Source: Candidatus Limnocylindria bacterium
Lineage (GTDB): Bacteria; Chloroflexota; Limnocylindria; P2-11E
Direction of reading: 5' to 3'
DNA: 64,000 nt
NCBI GenBank assembly: GCA_036518215.1
Contig: DATDNP010000103.1
Location: 1,803-65,802 of the forward strand
Under the pieces are notes generated by a model. The model saw nothing but the letters and a program-made list of their open reading frames with translations. It made no database searches and was not told where the DNA came from. A program made the position numbers and the translations under genes. Shown here piece by piece: positions 61,317-64,000 of the stretch (the first letter of the stretch is position 1; every line of letters starts with the position of its first letter).

Positions 61317-63410
61317 CTAGCTGCTCGGGATCGTCCAGTCCTGCGGGACGACGTGGATCCACGTCTGGCCCGGGTCGAGCTGCACGAGCTGGCCGTTCGC
61401 GTCGCGCATCGTGAACACGTCGATCGTGTTCGGGCGCGTCCAGGTGATCTCCTGCCGCAGACCATCGCGGAACACGACGCCCTTGCCGCTGCCGGTGAGC
61501 TGCTCTTCGAGCTTCGGATTCCCGGCCGGATCGAGCCCGTAATCCGTCGTGAAGTGCACCTCGGTCTGGATGACGACGATGTTCTTCGCCGCGATCACCT
61601 TGCCGTTCGCGGCGTCCTTCTCGAGCACGCCGTCGTCGTAGCGCGCGTACGTGCGCGAGCCCGCGTCGTACGAGTAGCTCACGCCGAAGAGGGCGCGGTA
61701 CGGGATCGTGATCTGCGTGGCGGGCACGCTCGTCGAGAAGCCGCCGGTCTTCGGGTCCTCGGGCTGGGTCGGCAGGAACGCCCACGGCGTCACGACGACC
61801 GGCTGCTGGCCGTCCGGTGCCGACGCCGTCGCCTGCTGCACCGCGTCCCAAGAGGTGAAGAAGTTGTACGGCGAGTGCCGGAAGTCGACGCGATAGCCCC
61901 AGCCGTAGTTCGGGGAGAGGTCGACGTACTGCGCGGCGACCGCGGCGTCGTAATGGACGGCCATGAGCTCCTCGGGACCGCCACCCGAGTACACGAGCAC
62001 CGCGCCCATGCTCGGGAGGACCGGACGGTCCGTCATACGGACGCTGCGCACGCCGCCGATCGTGTCGGGGTGCTGCGACTGGAACACGGCCGCGAGCCGC
62101 GTGGTGAGCCCCTCCACGAGCCACTCGAACACGATGTCGGCCTTGCTGATGCCGTAGTGCGGACGCGCGTTCGGGTTGTTGTCGACCTTCACGTAGACGG
62201 GCCGAACGGTCGGATCGCCGAAGCCGAGCGGCAGACCGTTGAGCGGCCAGACCGGGCACATGAGCGCCTGCGTCGTCGACGACGCGACGAAGCTCGTGCC
62301 GTTGCTCGCGAGCGTGTGCGCACGCACGGCCCCGACCGTCGCGGGCGAGAGCACCGCGGCGTCGCCGCGCCCGTCGCGGTCCCAGTCGCCCGCGATGATG
62401 CCGGCGGGACCGGCGCAGACGGACGATGCCGGCAGCGTGCTCCAGCCGGCGAACGCGCTCTCCGGCTTGAACGACGTCGCCGCGTCGAACACGTGGACGC
62501 GCGCGCTCCCGTCGTCGCCGACGTAGATCGAGAGGAGGTCGTCGCGGCCGTCGCCGTTCACGTCGCTCGCTGTCACCGTGGCGCGCGTGAGGTCGTAGTC
62601 GACGTCGAAGTCGTACACGTCGCTCCGGAGCGTGAGTCCCTTGGCGCCCGGCTCGAAGAGGACGACCTCGGGCTTCGCGCCCTTCTGGTAGAGCGCCGCG
62701 AGCTCGTCGGGCGCGCTCGCACCGGCGAAACGGCCGACGGCGAAGCGCGCGCTACGCGGATCGAACTTCCCGGCGCCGGAGTCGTACAGATCGGCCGCGA
62801 GCGTGAACTTGGCTCCGTCCGACGTGAGCTGCACGAGACGCAGCCGCGCGCCGTCCTCCTCATACGTGACGAGGAGGCTGTCCTTCGCGCCGGCGGCGAA
62901 GCGGCCGCCGTAGATGTTGCGCGCCCGCGACCAGTCGAAGTCGTCCGAGCTCCAGGCGGACCCCTGCAGGTCGAAGCTCGCGCCCGTGGAGTGGAACACG
63001 AGGAGCTCGGCCTTGTGCGTGCCGAGATCGTGAAGCGCGACGAGGTCGTCCTTGCCGTCGCCGTCGACATCGATGACCGCGAACTTCGACCGCGCGAGCG
63101 ACAGGAAGTTCGCGCCGCTCTTCATCCACTGCGTGCCGGTCGCGTCGCCGGGGCGATCGCGGACGTCGATCTGCATCGTCGAGTCGCCCGTCGGATCCGA
63201 GATCACCGCCATCTCGCTGCCGCCGGCGCCGCGGAAGTCGCCGGTCGCGATCACGCTGTTCCCGACGACGGCGACGGAACGGCCGCGCGCGGGCGTCGGC
63301 TTCGGCGTCGGCGTCGCGGTCGCGGTCACCGTCGGGCTTGGCGAGACGGCGTTCGGCGTCGCGGCGGTGCAGCCGACGACGAGCGCCGCGAGGATCGCGA
63401 GGCGCCGCAT
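61317..63410 (-). CDS. Lipoprotein with FG-GAP/VCBS-type repeats and C-terminal DUF3048 domain
   Basis: Start MRRLAILAALVVGC lipobox. Repeated D-x-D/N-G-D-G-x-x-D Ca-binding-type loops (DVDGDGKDD, DVNGDGRDD, DWDRDGRGD). The C-terminal ~330 aa are DUF3048-like. Confidence 0.75.
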   Translation of the reverse strand: MRRLAILAALVVGCTAATPNAVSPSPTVTATATPTPKPTPARGRSVAVVGNSVIATGDFRGAGGSEMAVISDPTGDSTMQIDVRDRPGDATGTQWMKSGANFLSLARSKFAVIDVDGDGKDDLVALHDLGTHKAELLVFHSTGASFDLQGSAWSSDDFDWSRARNIYGGRFAAGAKDSLLVTYEEDGARLRLVQLTSDGAKFTLAADLYDSGAGKFDPRSARFAVGRFAGASAPDELAALYQKGAKPEVVLFEPGAKGLTLRSDVYDFDVDYDLTRATVTASDVNGDGRDDLLSIYVGDDGSARVHVFDAATSFKPESAFAGWSTLPASSVCAGPAGIIAGDWDRDGRGDAAVLSPATVGAVRAHTLASNGTSFVASSTTQALMCPVWPLNGLPLGFGDPTVRPVYVKVDNNPNARPHYGISKADIVFEWLVEGLTTRLAAVFQSQHPDTIGGVRSVRMTDRPVLPSMGAVLVYSGGGPEELMAVHYDAAVAAQYVDLSPNYGWGYRVDFRHSPYNFFTSWDAVQQATASAPDGQQPVVVTPWAFLPTQPEDPKTGGFSTSVPATQITIPYRALFGVSYSYDAGSRTYARYDDGVLEKDAANGKVIAAKNIVVIQTEVHFTTDYGLDPAGNPKLEEQLTGSGKGVVFRDGLRQEITWTRPNTIDVFTMRDANGQLVQLDPGQTWIHVVPQDWTIPSS

Positions 63411-64000
63411 CACTGCCGGACCGTCAGCTTCATGTACATCCCGAGATCGTTCATCCAGGTCGCGCCATCGATGACACCACGAAGAGGGAGCGTATACGTC
63501 CCCGGCACCCACGACTGCAAGGTGAACGTGAACGTCGCCGTCTCACCCTTCGCCACGACGTCCTCGTTCTGGACCGCGACGCGAGCCGGCGCGGGCCACC
63601 CATCGGCGAGGAACGCGTACTTCGCGTCGTTGCCCGGGACGGCGAGGCGCGCCTCGGTCGGGGTCCCCTTGCGCCACGCGGCCTCGCCCGTGTTCCGGAT
63701 CGTCACCGACACGGTCGCGGGCTGGCCGGCCGTCACGGTCGGGAACGCCGACTCGCCGACGAATTCCGCGCTCACGTTCGCCGCCGTGGGCGCGGCGCAC
63801 ATGCTCACGAGATACATGAAGTGCTCCCAGCTGAACGTCGGACCGGGATCGGTGTGGTCCGTGCCCGGCACCTCGCTGTGTCCGATCACGTGGTCACGGT
63901 CGAGCGGCACGCTCCAGCGCTGGGACACGCCGCACACGAGCATCGCTGCGGCGCGATATTCCGCTTCGGTGAAGTCCGGATTCGTCTCGTCGCTCTTCTC
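63410..64000 (-). CDS. N-acetylmuramoyl-L-alanine amidase (Amidase_2/PGRP) with C-terminal Ig-like domain; 5' end off-window
   Basis: ...PDFTEAEYRAAAMLVCGVSQRW...HVIGHSEVPGTDHTDPGPTF is the Amidase_2 C-terminal signature. It continues in frame to the window edge. Its stop overlaps the lipoprotein start. Confidence 0.7.
   Translation of the reverse strand, partial: EKSDETNPDFTEAEYRAAAMLVCGVSQRWSVPLDRDHVIGHSEVPGTDHTDPGPTFSWEHFMYLVSMCAAPTAANVSAEFVGESAFPTVTAGQPATVSVTIRNTGEAAWRKGTPTEARLAVPGNDAKYAFLADGWPAPARVAVQNEDVVAKGETATFTFTLQSWVPGTYTLPLRGVIDGATWMNDLGMYMKLTVRQ

Noticed and set aside
1-64000. CRISPR arrays, tRNA/rRNA genes, insertion sequences, integrases, toxin-antitoxin pairs, phage genes
   Set aside because: No direct-repeat/spacer periodicity was found. 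No cloverleaf-sized conserved intergenic segments were found (the largest spacers, 387 bp and 270 bp, lack tRNA-like features). No transposase/integrase/recombinase-like ORFs appear in any frame.

Overview
This is a gene-dense, ~70 % GC bacterial chromosomal segment with about 60 genes. No rRNA, tRNA, CRISPR array or mobile element was detected. Gene content (F420-type luciferase-like oxidoreductase; lipobox lipoproteins; tdk–rpmE–DUF1385–prfA and rplU–rpmA; GH57 glucan enzymes; Gram-positive-style MacB/YknXYZ efflux) points to a high-GC Actinomycetota-like organism, possibly of the Thermoleophilia/Rubrobacteria type. That placement is inference only. Many track ORFs are Arg/Ala-rich antisense artefacts of real genes and were rejected. 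Start codons in the track include GTG/TTG shown as M, so several starts were re-derived from internal Met codons and SD sequences.

The main points:
- A seven-gene, stop/start-overlapped operon at 26.5–32.7 kb: ECF sigma factor, anti-sigma factor, membrane protein, a very long (629 aa) periplasmic adaptor, MacB-type ABC ATPase, FtsX permease and a secreted protein.
- A six-gene chain at 9.5–14.4 kb, every junction overlapping by 1–4 nt: serine hydrolase, thyA, folA, HDAC-family deacetylase, membrane protein, DUF983.
- A single 829-aa polypeptide at 50.5–53.0 kb combining an adenylating acyl-ACP synthetase-like domain, an acyl carrier domain and a PlsC/LPLAT-like domain. It sits divergent to an LplT-like MFS transporter.
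- A stress island at 47.6–50.5 kb: two tandem universal stress proteins and a BON protein around a 95-aa, ~24 % histidine protein that lies behind an unexplained 387-bp leader.
- A cupredoxin fused to a parallel β-helix (partial, 1–1511, minus strand) with an upstream TPR protein.
- An MgtA-like P-type ATPase with a non-canonical DKTNTLT phosphorylation motif.
- Two GH57 glucan enzymes flanking ribosomal protein L25 and a pterin-dehydratase/VOC fusion.
- An unresolved ~1-kb stretch at 8.5–9.5 kb with conflicting small ORFs.

Other genes include acyl-CoA dehydrogenase, a thioesterase, a 3-hydroxybutyrate-dehydrogenase-like SDR, an Acs-family ligase, a LuxR regulator, HtrA protease, ArgS, a site-2 protease and several MFS transporters.
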